From: an uncultured delta proteobacterium
Lineage (GTDB): Bacteria > Desulfobacterota > Desulfomonilia > UBA1062
Direction: 5' to 3'
Assembly (NCBI GenBank): GCA_963785235.1
Contig: CAWAUM010000012.1
Coordinates: forward strand, 1-64,000
DNA: 64,000 bases
Part shown: positions 10,297 to 21,480 of the stretch, in pieces
How the letters are laid out: each line of letters opens with the position of its first letter
Numbering within the stretch: the stretch's first letter is position 1
Program-made: the position numbers and the translations under genes
Notes under the pieces: model-generated
What the model saw: only the letters and a program-made list of their open reading frames with translations
Database searches by the model: none
What the model was told of the DNA's origin: nothing

Positions 10297-10353
10297 ATCG
10301 AACGACATGATGAGCCGCGACTGCAAGGATTCGGCTCCATTAAATAGTTATGC
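10297..10353 (-). other. attC site between psiE-like and yeeE cassettes
   Basis: ATCGAAC-43 nt-GTTATGC with stem ATGAGCCG/CGGCTC(C)AT carrying an extrahelical base. Same inner length as the attC at 43550-43606. Confidence 0.65.
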
Positions 10354-10413
10354 CGTTTCTATTCGGTTAGAGCCATTCAGAAATGCTCTTATCATTATTC
10401 ATGATAGTTGTGT

Positions 10414-10833
10414 TCACTCTCCCCTGTTGTGAGAGTGGGCTCTTTTCATCAGATAATAGCCCGCAGTCAGCGCAACAACAATAGAGGCAATTCCGACTAG
10501 GCTCAGGCTGTCCACCTCTTTGAGATCTAAAATGATCACCTTGCGTGCAATCGCAATGATTGCCACCGAGAGAACAACCTCGTAATGGGGTTGATCTTGG
10601 GTTATGTAGGTTTTCATTATTGTTTCAAGCAGTTCGATTCCTATCACGACCAACATAAAGAGTCCGAAAATCTCAAGCAGCTGCTCAACACTGAGAAGAA
10701 AATACGGTGGGTTTACTGTATCTTTTATGATAAGCCAGCCAAGGTCGATTGTGGCAAGTAGCAGAACAATTGCCATCATGACCATAAGGGCCAGAATCAT
10801 TACCTTTTCGCACATCTTCAGAACAGTGATCAT
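10414..10833 (-). CDS. Phosphate-starvation-inducible PsiE family membrane protein
   Basis: LLEIFGLFMLVVIGIELLET...VAIIAIARKVIILD motif, 4 TM segments. Confidence 0.85.
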   Translation of the reverse strand: MITVLKMCEKVMILALMVMMAIVLLLATIDLGWLIIKDTVNPPYFLLSVEQLLEIFGLFMLVVIGIELLETIMKTYITQDQPHYEVVLSVAIIAIARKVIILDLKEVDSLSLVGIASIVVALTAGYYLMKRAHSHNRGE

Positions 10834-10901
10834 ACTATTATTGCTCCCCTTGTAAAATGATGGTTGCTACGGTATCGCAATTTATCCTATTCACCATATT
10901 A

Positions 10902-10948
10902 GGCATAATTACTATGCCGACTCAGGGCGGTATATCAGAATATGTAAT
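10902..10948 (-). other. Degenerate attI-like head site (GTT missing)
   Basis: Plus strand GGCAT-AATTACTATGCCG...CGGTATATC versus GGCATAAC-AATTACTATACTG...CAGCATATC at 47499. GGCAT matches the GTTATGCC at 10347. Confidence 0.5.
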
Positions 10949-11409
10949 GACTCAGACAGATATGTCGTTCTTATCAACATGGATTAGATGAATTGCCTCC
11001 CCATTCTCATTGAACGTGTTCAGCAATTTCTTGATGTGGAATCAAAGGTGTGTAATTACTTAATTTCAATACTATATCATGAGCTTTATATCAAATCTAT
11101 ATCAGAGTGAATAGTACTTCGATAACTCATTAGTTTAACCTCCACTCTTTCAACCAGCGATTGTGTTTACAAATCTACAAGTTGGTCAAAGTGAAGGATC
11201 TTGCAATAAACATGAATGGTTCCATAATGCTCCCAAAATCGATGATCTACAAATATTACCTACACAAACAGATACTTAAATTTGGAGTGGACCTGCATCC
11301 GGCAATGAAATCATCATCTACTTCATACAATTAATCAATTTATATCGTTCAGCTTGAAGTAATATTGACTATTAGTAAGATGTTGAGGTATTTTGATAAC
11401 CAAGAATAA

Positions 11410-11467
11410 GGGTGTAGTGACCTGATGGCAGGTCGCCGCAGGACAAAAGGATGGTCGGGCCGCCATC
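11410..11467 (+). ncRNA. nhaA-I motif (Li+-I riboswitch candidate)
   Basis: GGGUG-stem(UGUAGUGACCUG/CAGGUCGCCGCA)-GG-linker-GGUCGGGCCGCC, matching my recollection of the nhaA-I consensus. In the 5' UTR of 11548..11886. Confidence 0.7.
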
Positions 11468-11547
11468 TAGAGATGCGACAGGATTTGTAAACTGTCGCCC
11501 AACCCAATCGATTTATTATGTCGTTGGGATGATCTCTGGAGGCACTT

Positions 11548-11886
11548 ATGGATAAAGAACCGCAACAGAATACCCCTCAACCTGAGAAATCAGGCTGTCT
11601 CTCAATCATCGTACGTCTAACTTGGATGGCTTTCGGTAACATGGCATTGATCATCACAGCCTTTTCAATTGTCCAGCAGAAGGCGGGTATTGTGCTTGAC
11701 GTCATATTCTGGGCTGTGGTGACTGGACTTATACTTATTCGGTACATAGATATCAAAGTTTTCCAGGGGAATACCGCTGATAATGAACCAGCAACACTTA
11801 AAGATTGGCGTCAATATTCGATTTTGCTCATTGTAATTTCAGCATTTGTTTGGTTTGTTGCTCACGTAACAGTCCGTTTACTGTAA
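11548..11886 (+). CDS. Small hypothetical membrane protein (3 TM)
   Basis: RBS GGAGG, hydrophobic segments, 112 aa. Confidence 0.75.
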   Translation: MDKEPQQNTPQPEKSGCLSIIVRLTWMAFGNMALIITAFSIVQQKAGIVLDVIFWAVVTGLILIRYIDIKVFQGNTADNEPATLKDWRQYSILLIVISAFVWFVAHVTVRLL

Positions 11887-11994
11887 GCTGGAATACCGTA
11901 CAAAACAATTATGAGGGAAGTGACCATACAATGAGAATGGACAATACACACAGATCACAACTACAGGCTCATATAGGGTTATTATAAAAATTAC

Positions 11995-12876
11995 ATGGAA
12001 TTTGAACCAGTTAAAAAAGGGCCGAGGCGGCTCATTATTTTCACCGACCTGGACGGATCGTTACTGAACCACGGCGACTACTCCTGGGAAGCAGCCAGAC
12101 CCGCCCTGGACAAGATACGGGAACTGGGCATACCCCTAATCATCTGCACGAGTAAGACTAGGTTGGAGGTGGAGTTTATCCAGAAGGAGATCAATATCCA
12201 GGGGCCATTTATCGTGGAGAATGGCGGTGGTATTATCTTCCCGCAGGAATACAGAGCTATCCCGATGGGCAGCGCTATCATCACTGACAACTACCGGTGC
12301 ATACCATTGGGGCTCTCCTATGCCAGGATCAGATCGTTCATTAAAGAGGCTTGTAAGGAGTTCTCCATCAGAGGGTTCGGGGATATGAGATATTGCGGAG
12401 ATCGCCGCAATCGGACTGGACTCCCCATCGAAAAAGCCGTCATGGCAAAGAAGCGGGAATTCACCGAGCTCTTTTATTGGAGCATGAGCAGGAACTGGAT
12501 ACCTTAAATAAAACGGCCAACCTCAAGGGATTTACGATCACCAGAGGAGAAAGATTCTTTCCACTGCATGGGCTACGGTAACGACAAAGGCGGCGCAGTC
12601 AGGAGGGTGAGAGAGACTTTATTCCGACACTGGCAGACGAAGACAATCTCCATGGGCTTCGGGGACAGCCCCAACGACTTCCCTCAACTGAAAGCCGTGG
12701 ACATACCCGTGCTTATTCCCCACGAAGACGGCAATTACGAGGACCTTGAGCTGCCGGGACTTATCCGTGCCCAGTTTCCGGGCAGCAGGGGTTGGAACGA
12801 AGCGGTCTTAAGATCATCACGACATCTCCATGAAGACACACAGGGTACGCAAGGATCACTCTACGTGATAACCTGA
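11995..12876 (+). CDS. mpgP: Mannosyl-3-phosphoglycerate phosphatase, HAD-IIB (frameshifted across three ORFs)
   Basis: IFTDLDGSLL, CTSKT, IVENGG, KREFTE, DKG, GDSPND.P.L and G.RGWNEAV motifs spread over 11995..12507, 12393..12581 and 12568..12876. Confidence 0.75.
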
Positions 12877-13048
12877 AAAGCAGAAACAGCCGTGGCCACG
12901 ACCCGGTGAATATCTGGGTTCGTTCCGCTACGAGCTCTCCGGCGAATTCGCCATTGACTAGATCCTTGTGGGCCTTTCTCCAAGTGAGCCTCTTCTCATT
13001 GCCAACCACCAGTACGATGGTGGTCATGGCCATGGGGAAAATGAATGA

Positions 13049-13903
13049 TCAATTCTCACGTAGATCACAGCTCGAATCTTCTTGACCCCCATCAGATGTG
13101 GCTCTTGAAATGTGCAGATTATGGACCAACTCGGCACCCAGGAGGAAGATGCACGCGGCGAAGAAGATCCACAGGAGGAAGATGACGAATGCGGTCAGCG
13201 GTCCGTACACAGTGCCGAACTCGGTGATCTTCATCATGATGTAATAGGTGAATACATGTTTCGCAGCCTCGAAGAGCACGGCCGTAAACAGGGCTCCGGT
13301 AAGGGCATGGCTCGTCCTCACCTTGGTGTGGGGCAACACCATATAGAGACCCGAAGCGATTATGAACACAAGGAAGGCAGGCAAAACGATCCCTACGGGC
13401 ACGGTCATAATATCCCAGTCCCTGAGTCCGGGGAAAAACCCGGCCAGTGGACCGATGAGCGAGGTCGCGCCGAAGGAGATCATGATAAAGACGATGAGCA
13501 CGTTGATGACGAGCAGGGAGAGGAGAAGCGACGTGAGCAGCGGACGCTTCCCGTGGGTGCCGAATATGGTGTTGACCGCGCTCTCCAGGGAATAAAAGAG
13601 CTGGTAGGAAAAATAGGCGTACACGGCCAGGGTGAACAGGCCGATCCTCTTGTAGGCAATGATCTTGCCAAGTTCTTCGTTGATCTCGCTGGTGGCGTCC
13701 GGGAAAGAACCCCGAGAGCCGTACTGACAGAAAATCATAGAAGGCCAGGTGCTCACCGAGGATATAGCCGAAGACCGACACGAGCAGGAGGAAAAAAGGG
13801 ACCAGGGCCATGAGGGAAAAACAGGCGATGGCACCGGCCAGCATGAGGCCGTTGTGTCTGAAAAAGTCAACAAGGCTCTTCCAGGAGAATCACGTATAAA
13901 TCA
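13049..13903 (-). CDS. YihY/BrkB-family membrane protein (frameshifted, start uncertain)
   Basis: LAGAIACFSLMALVPF in one frame. LESAVNTIFG and VYGPLTAFVIFLLWIFFAACIFLLGAEL in the other. Confidence 0.8.
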
Positions 13904-13995
13904 TGACTTCCGGATTCTGATTGATGGGCATTCATAGCGTCAATGAAATTTATCCGTTTCGAAGAATTGGGGCCGTGGTTCCATTTTCCAAAGGT

Positions 13996-14061
13996 CTTGG
14001 GATAGTATTTCATGCATTCCGGACAGATTTCATGACTGAACAAGGCTTCGGAATGCGATGT
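13996..14061 (-). pseudogene. Remnant of an FSHGICPEC-type C-terminal domain of deltaproteobacterial signalling proteins
   Basis: Manual translation TSHSEALFSHEICPECMKYYPK with no intact ORF around it. Confidence 0.5.
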
Positions 14062-14234
14062 TAGTTACCTTAACGAGAACACCTAAGTACATTTCTTATT
14101 GGAAAAGCAGGTGCCGGGCCTGCATCTCCCGGCACCATTAAAATGTGAAGGGTTCTACGGGGAGTCCCGAATGAGGTTATACTTAATAACACCCAGGCAT
14201 CCGATATTATCTGTTTGTAATCACGAGTATAATC

Positions 14235-14302
14235 AAAAGCCGCCATCCGATTTAACGGATGGCGGCCCGACCATCTAAATCCTCCGGTATTAAACCGGAC
14301 CC
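14235..14302 (-). ncRNA. Second nhaA-I motif (Li+-I riboswitch candidate) with overlapping intrinsic terminator
   Basis: Minus strand GGGUCCGGUUUAAUACCGGAGGAUUUAGAUGGUCGGGCCGCC, then terminator GCCGCCAUCCG-UUAAAU-CGGAUGGCGGC-UUUU. Shares GATGGTCGGGCCGCCATC with 11450-11467. Confidence 0.7.
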
Positions 14303-14487
14303 TATCATTTATTTATTATAGTTGTTAAGCATAGTTGAGATGATTAGTCAAATAAAGAAAAGCTCGTGTCGAAGTAGGAAACATAGGAGACCTTTTTATG
14401 TAATCAACAAGTTGATGTTGAATTGGCACAAATCATAGAAGTACTGTTTTCAGAACGATTCTATGTATTAATGGTGAACTTTACATA

Positions 14488-15882
14488 TCAGTTGGGATGA
14501 TCTGAGGCGATAAAACGCATCCAGAGGTATCCTAATGTCCCAGCCAGAATCGAGGCTAAGAGAATTCCTGTCTTTGCCATTCTCAGAGTGTTCACATCAA
14601 TCCCAAAAGAAAGCTCGGAAATGAAGATTGACATGGTAAACCCGATACCTCCAAGGATACCGACGCCGATAATATGAGTTGGCCGAACCATGGCCGGAAG
14701 AGAAGCTATTCCCGATTTCAATGCAATCAGAGAGAAGAGGCTTATCCCTATGGTCTTTCCCACAACAAGGCCCAGGATAATCGCAAGGGTGACCGGGTGA
14801 CCTATGGATTCCTTGAGTTCAATCAAACCCAGAGAAACGCCTGTATTGACCATGGCAAACAAGGGTATTACAAGCAAGGCCACCGGCAGGTGCAGCTTGT
14901 CCAGCATGCTTTGCACGGGTGATTCTGCCAAAGAAATGTTGCCTTTCATGCTGTGAAGGATTGCTTGCTGATCGGTATTTGTGAGAATGCTACTCTCAGG
15001 TTGCTCGAGACTCTCGAATTGCATGAGGTATCTCTTGGCACGAGAGATGAAGAGTGGCTGATCAAAATGTGCACGAGCCGGGATGCACATGGAGACCAGA
15101 ATCCCTGTAATAGTTGCGTGAATTCCGGATTTGAGAATAAACAGCCATAATACTACTCCGATGAGCAGATACAGCAGTCCTATCCTGACACCGGCCATAT
15201 TCATGAAAATCAGCGTGAGAATAATGGCAGCTGCAATTGCAAGAGCGACAATATTTATTGTGCTCGTGTAGAAAATTGCTATAACAATAACAGCTCCGAT
15301 ATCATCAGCAATGGCCAGGGTCACGAGGAACATAAGTGCACCTTCAGGCACTCTGCGTCCAAGCATAACCAGAACACCGACACAGAATGCTATGTCCGTT
15401 GCCATGGGGATGCCCCACCCATGGGCATACTCGTTCGGTATGATAAGGGAGTAAATCACGGCGGGTACAAGCATTCCTCCCAATGCCGCTGCGACAGGCA
15501 GCGCTGCCTTGCGGATATCTGAAAGTTCTCCCACGAGCATTTCACGTTTGATTTCAAGACCGACAACAAAAAAGAAAAAGGCCATTAAACCTTCATTGAT
15601 CCAATGCAGAAGCGAAAACTGCAATGACCATTCTCCCATGTTTATGGAGATAGGGAAGTGAATAATCTTCTCATAAATTTCTCCCCAGGGTGAGTTTGCC
15701 CAGAGCAGTGTGACAAGGGCGGTTATCATCAGAATAATACCGCTTGCGGTTTGCTTCTGGACAAAGGCTTGGAAAGGCGTCACCAATCGATTCACATGCT
15801 GTTCCCATGGATAGAAATACCGACCTTTTTCATCCACCGGGGCATTCGTTTCAGGGTGAATATTATCAGAATTATGTTTCAT
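14488..15882 (-). CDS. nhaA: Na+/H+ antiporter NhaA
   Basis: WINEGLMAFFFFVVGLEIKRE, GWGIPMATDIAF, LAIADD, GIGFTMSIFI. Confidence 0.97.
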   Translation of the reverse strand: MKHNSDNIHPETNAPVDEKGRYFYPWEQHVNRLVTPFQAFVQKQTASGIILMITALVTLLWANSPWGEIYEKIIHFPISINMGEWSLQFSLLHWINEGLMAFFFFVVGLEIKREMLVGELSDIRKAALPVAAALGGMLVPAVIYSLIIPNEYAHGWGIPMATDIAFCVGVLVMLGRRVPEGALMFLVTLAIADDIGAVIVIAIFYTSTINIVALAIAAAIILTLIFMNMAGVRIGLLYLLIGVVLWLFILKSGIHATITGILVSMCIPARAHFDQPLFISRAKRYLMQFESLEQPESSILTNTDQQAILHSMKGNISLAESPVQSMLDKLHLPVALLVIPLFAMVNTGVSLGLIELKESIGHPVTLAIILGLVVGKTIGISLFSLIALKSGIASLPAMVRPTHIIGVGILGGIGFTMSIFISELSFGIDVNTLRMAKTGILLASILAGTLGYLWMRFIASDHPN

Positions 15883-16324
15883 GCTTATCCCTTATCAATA
15901 TAGATCAAATTGATATCAAGTATAATCTTCTTTTACTCTCCGATATGATTTCAACTATAGAAACCAAAATGTTCTCCATACTGGAGGTGCCCCATAGTGT
16001 TGTTAGGTGGAGCGTTAATCACTTTGATATTACTAGCCCCAATCTAAGACTATGAACCATTGATTTCTACAAAAACACCTCGGGGTTAAGATGCCTGGAA
16101 CCCGTAGATTATGTTCAGAACTATACACATTTACTCAAGTGTTGATTATGCAATAAAATCATCGGTAAATAAAACCTAAGAAACCGTTGATTTTGATCCA
16201 TAATCAATTTGAGTATTCCTCATGATCTGCATAGATCTCATCTGTAAACTCCAGACCCACCGGTAACCTGCAGGCTTTATCTGCTCAGGGGAGCAGTTTT
16301 TACCCAGCAAGCCCTCAGATAAGA

Positions 16325-17197
16325 CTAGTTTACCCCGGCAATGCCGGCAAAGTTCCCTCCCAGCAGCTTTTCCTGGATCAGGATATCCGGGAACATACGC
16401 TCGATCCTGCGCTTGATGAAGCCGTAGTCGTACCTGTGGTCAGGCCCGTGGAATCCGTAGGGCCCGTCAGTGCCGAAGAAGAGCCGGTCCGCACCGAGGT
16501 AATCCACGGTCTCCCGGGTGGCCCGGTCACTCGTGTAGCTCGTCTGGGAAAGGTCCAGGTATACATTCTTTAGGCCTTTGATCTTCTTCCAGGTGTCGGC
16601 ATATCCGGGGAAACCTGCATGGGCCAGGATGAGCTTCAGGTCAGGCACCTTGGCCAGCAGGGCATCGAAGTTGCCCTCTTCGCCGAACCCGGCATGGATG
16701 AGCAGGGGTTTGCCGGTCTTGGCCAGACGCTCGGCCACGGGCGCAAGCTCTACGGGCTGGAAGTGGTGCCAGAAAGGGTGCGCCTTGACGCCGATGAACC
16801 CTTGGCTGTCCTTGTATTTCTCAAACTCGGCGACCTGGTCTTTTTTGCCCTTCGGATTCACGAAGATCCAGCCGAGGAAACTCTCCGGGTGATTCTTGAC
16901 CGCAGCAAAGACCTTTTCATTGTCCGGGTCGGTCTCGATATGATACGGCTTGCCCAGGATCTTGACCTCCCCCCTGTCGGTGAAGTTCGAGATCAATGCC
17001 TTGCCGATACCCCTGGTGGAGTTGTTTTCAAGGAGATACTGCAGGATCGTAATGAGGAACATGGGCGGCTCACGAAAGGGCTCGATCATGCTCCCCATGA
17101 GGGCGACCTTGTGGATGCCGCACCTGTCCATCTCCCTTAAAAGCCCATCTACCGTGAGAACCCTCTCCTCGATATGATAATGACAATCAATGACCAT
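16325..17197 (-). CDS. Amidohydrolase family protein (Amidohydro_2)
   Basis: IDCHYH, GVKAHP, LIHAG, ILAHAG and FGTDGP metal-binding motifs. Confidence 0.85.
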   Translation of the reverse strand: MVIDCHYHIEERVLTVDGLLREMDRCGIHKVALMGSMIEPFREPPMFLITILQYLLENNSTRGIGKALISNFTDRGEVKILGKPYHIETDPDNEKVFAAVKNHPESFLGWIFVNPKGKKDQVAEFEKYKDSQGFIGVKAHPFWHHFQPVELAPVAERLAKTGKPLLIHAGFGEEGNFDALLAKVPDLKLILAHAGFPGYADTWKKIKGLKNVYLDLSQTSYTSDRATRETVDYLGADRLFFGTDGPYGFHGPDHRYDYGFIKRRIERMFPDILIQEKLLGGNFAGIAGVN

Positions 17198-17341
17198 GGC
17201 CCCTCCCCTTTGTGAATACATGGATATGACATGAACTGCGTGATTACAGTGTATGCATCTACGAAAGGAATGCCAAGGCTTTTTTTAACAGAGACTCATA
17301 TTCGAAAAGGATCTGGAAAACCGATCTGTATCCCGGCCTCG

Positions 17342-19252
17342 TCAGCAGAACTGCTCCAGGATCATCTGGGTGGAGAGAACACCCAGCAATGCGCTGTTAT
17401 CCCGGAAGCCCATGCGTTCCTGGCGTGAACATTTTGCAATAAGGGCATCCACCCGGTCAGGGTCAAAAACATTGGCCGCGAAAATAGAATCCCGCTCGAG
17501 AAAAGGGGCTACATTGCCGCGGGGGGCATTATCCTTGAAAAATGCCTCCTTGTTGGGCGCGCCATAGGGCTGTTTGACCCGGGAGAAGATCTCCTGGGGC
17601 AAATCGGGCCTGAAGGTCTTCTTGAGGATATATTTCTCCTTGAGCCCTTTGAGCTTGAGCCGCGGGCTCAGGCGTGAGGCGAACTCACAGAGGCGGTGGC
17701 TCAGGAAGGGATAGCGGCCCTCCACGCCGTGGGCCATGGTCATACGCTCGCCCTGGGAGGAGAGCAGGTAGCCTGCGAGCAGGAGCTTGATCTCCAGATA
17801 CTGGGCCTGGTTGAGCGGGTGCCAGGCGGAGAAATCCTTGGGAATGAGTCCCTCAAGGTCTTCAACCGGATCATATGAACCCATGATCATGCGGAATTCT
17901 TCCGTGAAGAACTGCTGGATGGCCGATGTGGTGCGCCACGTGGGGAGGTGCGAGTAGCCGAAGTGCCGGGTTTTCAGGAGGTCTTCTGCGTAAAACGACA
18001 TGAGCATGCGTCCCGAGCGCCGCATCTGAATGGGCGAATGGGGGTACAGGGCATAGAGCAGCAGGGGACGGATTTTGGAGTCGGGCTGTTTGGCCCAGAA
18101 GCGTCTGATGAGTGTCTCCTTGAATATGTCATATCCCCCGAAGAGCTCGTCTGCGCCTTCACCGGTGAGCACCACCTTGATGCCGTTCTCACGGGCGAGC
18201 TGCGAGAGGAGGAACATGGGAGCAGGGGCCGATCTGAGGACCGGTGTCTCGGCGTGCCATACCACCTGCTCGAAGACCTCCCCGATATCTCCATAGCCGA
18301 TCCTGCGTACATGGTGGTGCGTGCCCAGGCTCCTGCCCATGGATTCCTGAAAGGCAGACTCATCGAAGGCAGGGTCGGCAAAACTCACCGAGAAGGTCTC
18401 CATGCCGGGCGCATATTTCTTCACCAGGCTTGAGATGACGCTCGAATCGAGACCGCCGCTCAAGTATGCGCCCACAGGGACATCGGCGCGGAGCCTCAAC
18501 GAGGCGGACTCGTCCAGGATCTCATGGAGCATGGACATGGCCTTTTCTTCCTCACCTATGTCATGTCCGCCAAGTGCCGGAAAGGTCACATCCCAATATT
18601 GAAACGACCTCTGTGAGCCGTCCTTATAGACCATGCACTGTCCGGGCCTGAGCTGCTCTACTCCATCAAATACGGTCCTGGGCGCTACTGCAGCCCAGAA
18701 GGTGAACACCTGGGCCATGCCCTGGGGTGAAAGCTTGAGCCTGCCGAGCAGGGGCAGCATGGCCTTGATCTCCGAGGCAAAAACGAGCATGTCCGAATGC
18801 CTGCTGTAATACAGAGGGCAGATGCCGAACCGGTCACGGGCAAGCACAAGCTGTTTTGCCGCGGCGTCCCACAGGGCAAAGGCGAACTGCCCTTCCAGGT
18901 GCTCGAAGAGGTCAAGCCCATACTCTTCATAGAGGTGCAGGATCACCTCGATGTCGCAAGTTGTCCTGAAACGGTGTCCGCGTTTTTTCAGGTCTGCTTT
19001 GATCTCCTTGTAATTGAAGATCTCACCATTGGCACAGACATGGATTTTTCCGTCTTCGTTGGTCATGGGCTGTGCACCTGTGGTGAGATCTATTATGGAG
19101 AGCCGCCTGTGGCCGAGGATAACAGAATCGTCCCGGAAGATGCCCTGACCGTCAGGACCCCGGTGGGCCATGCTCGACAGCATTCTTCCAAGCGCCTGCT
19201 CCTTGATGTCGCCAAGGTGGTGCTGGTTGTAGATGCCTATGATTCCGCACAT
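17342..19252 (-). CDS. asnB: Asparagine synthase (glutamine-hydrolysing) family
   Basis: MCGIIG N-terminus, HRGPD, GHRRLSIID, LSGGLDSS, GEGADELFGGY. Confidence 0.93.
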   Translation of the reverse strand: MCGIIGIYNQHHLGDIKEQALGRMLSSMAHRGPDGQGIFRDDSVILGHRRLSIIDLTTGAQPMTNEDGKIHVCANGEIFNYKEIKADLKKRGHRFRTTCDIEVILHLYEEYGLDLFEHLEGQFAFALWDAAAKQLVLARDRFGICPLYYSRHSDMLVFASEIKAMLPLLGRLKLSPQGMAQVFTFWAAVAPRTVFDGVEQLRPGQCMVYKDGSQRSFQYWDVTFPALGGHDIGEEEKAMSMLHEILDESASLRLRADVPVGAYLSGGLDSSVISSLVKKYAPGMETFSVSFADPAFDESAFQESMGRSLGTHHHVRRIGYGDIGEVFEQVVWHAETPVLRSAPAPMFLLSQLARENGIKVVLTGEGADELFGGYDIFKETLIRRFWAKQPDSKIRPLLLYALYPHSPIQMRRSGRMLMSFYAEDLLKTRHFGYSHLPTWRTTSAIQQFFTEEFRMIMGSYDPVEDLEGLIPKDFSAWHPLNQAQYLEIKLLLAGYLLSSQGERMTMAHGVEGRYPFLSHRLCEFASRLSPRLKLKGLKEKYILKKTFRPDLPQEIFSRVKQPYGAPNKEAFFKDNAPRGNVAPFLERDSIFAANVFDPDRVDALIAKCSRQERMGFRDNSALLGVLSTQMILEQFC

Positions 19253-19578
19253 TGCTTCACGCCCTGCGAGATTTCTTTGATTGCCTTTTGTCCATTGCCA
19301 GAACAGTGCCACGGGCATGTATTGTGGAATCTTTGATAAGGGCCTGCCCCTGAAGCATTGCCTGCAGCCTCTTTCTCCCCTTTATGGCCATGAAGGAAAG
19401 ACCAGGGCATCAAGACAACTGAGAGATACTATTACGCATCATTATCGTATCGTTTCTTTTCATTTTAACATATTTGTATCATCCCTTTGAGCGGCCGGGA
19501 ATCCGGATGTCCCCTGAAACCAGCCCTCCATAACGATGTTGCGCCGGTTTACCGTAAAAACGAGGCAGCATGAGAACA

Positions 19579-19594
19579 TGGCATTCCCCTTGCT
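19579..19594 (+). promoter_or_regulatory. Sigma-54 (-24/-12) promoter of amt-glnK
   Basis: TGGCATTCCCCTTGCT matches TGGCAC-N5-TTGCW, about 40 bp upstream of amt, where a sigma54 promoter is expected. Confidence 0.75.
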
Positions 19595-19635
19595 GAACAC
19601 TCGAACATAAAAATAATCAATCGGAGGACTTATCC

Positions 19636-21228
<1,593 letters not shown>

Positions 21229-21480
21229 TCGGGTCGAGCCGGTGTGCAGGCTTGGGTCCTTCGATCCGGCCTGCTCCCTATCCGCAAAAGGTAGCCTTAA
21301 GAATGACACTCATGGCGAGCATGGTATTGTCCTTCAAATAGGTTCGTTCAAATCCGTATTTAAATCAAGTATCACCACGAGCCGGGCCTTCTGCCGACAT
21401 GAATTGAATTGTTTCGAGTTTTTGTGTACATATTGGTTTCCACTAGATTCATATCCCCAAGACAGGTGGTGAACAAACGG

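Noticed and set aside
9201-10340. 379-aa fused YeeE/YedE ORF in the track
   Set aside because: Chimera created by a frameshift near 10020. Two genes with an ATGA overlap explain the motifs, and the extra N-terminus runs through an attC.
11497-11529. GCCCAAC...GTTGGGA as an att site
   Set aside because: Spacer too short and no inner stem. More likely part of the riboswitch expression platform.
642-14139. CCGGCACCATT at ~648 and ~14129 as tRNA-3'-end att repeats of a genomic island
   Set aside because: Only about 11-12 bp, with no tRNA or integrase in the window. Could be chance.
16071-16110. Possible Na+-riboswitch-like sequence upstream of nhaA
   Set aside because: I could not match a consensus with confidence, and the suggestive strand is opposite to nhaA. 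Needs a cmscan.
17342-19252. AsnB as a lasso-peptide cyclase
   Set aside because: Full glutaminase domain with N-terminal Cys, and no adjacent precursor, B protein or RRE.
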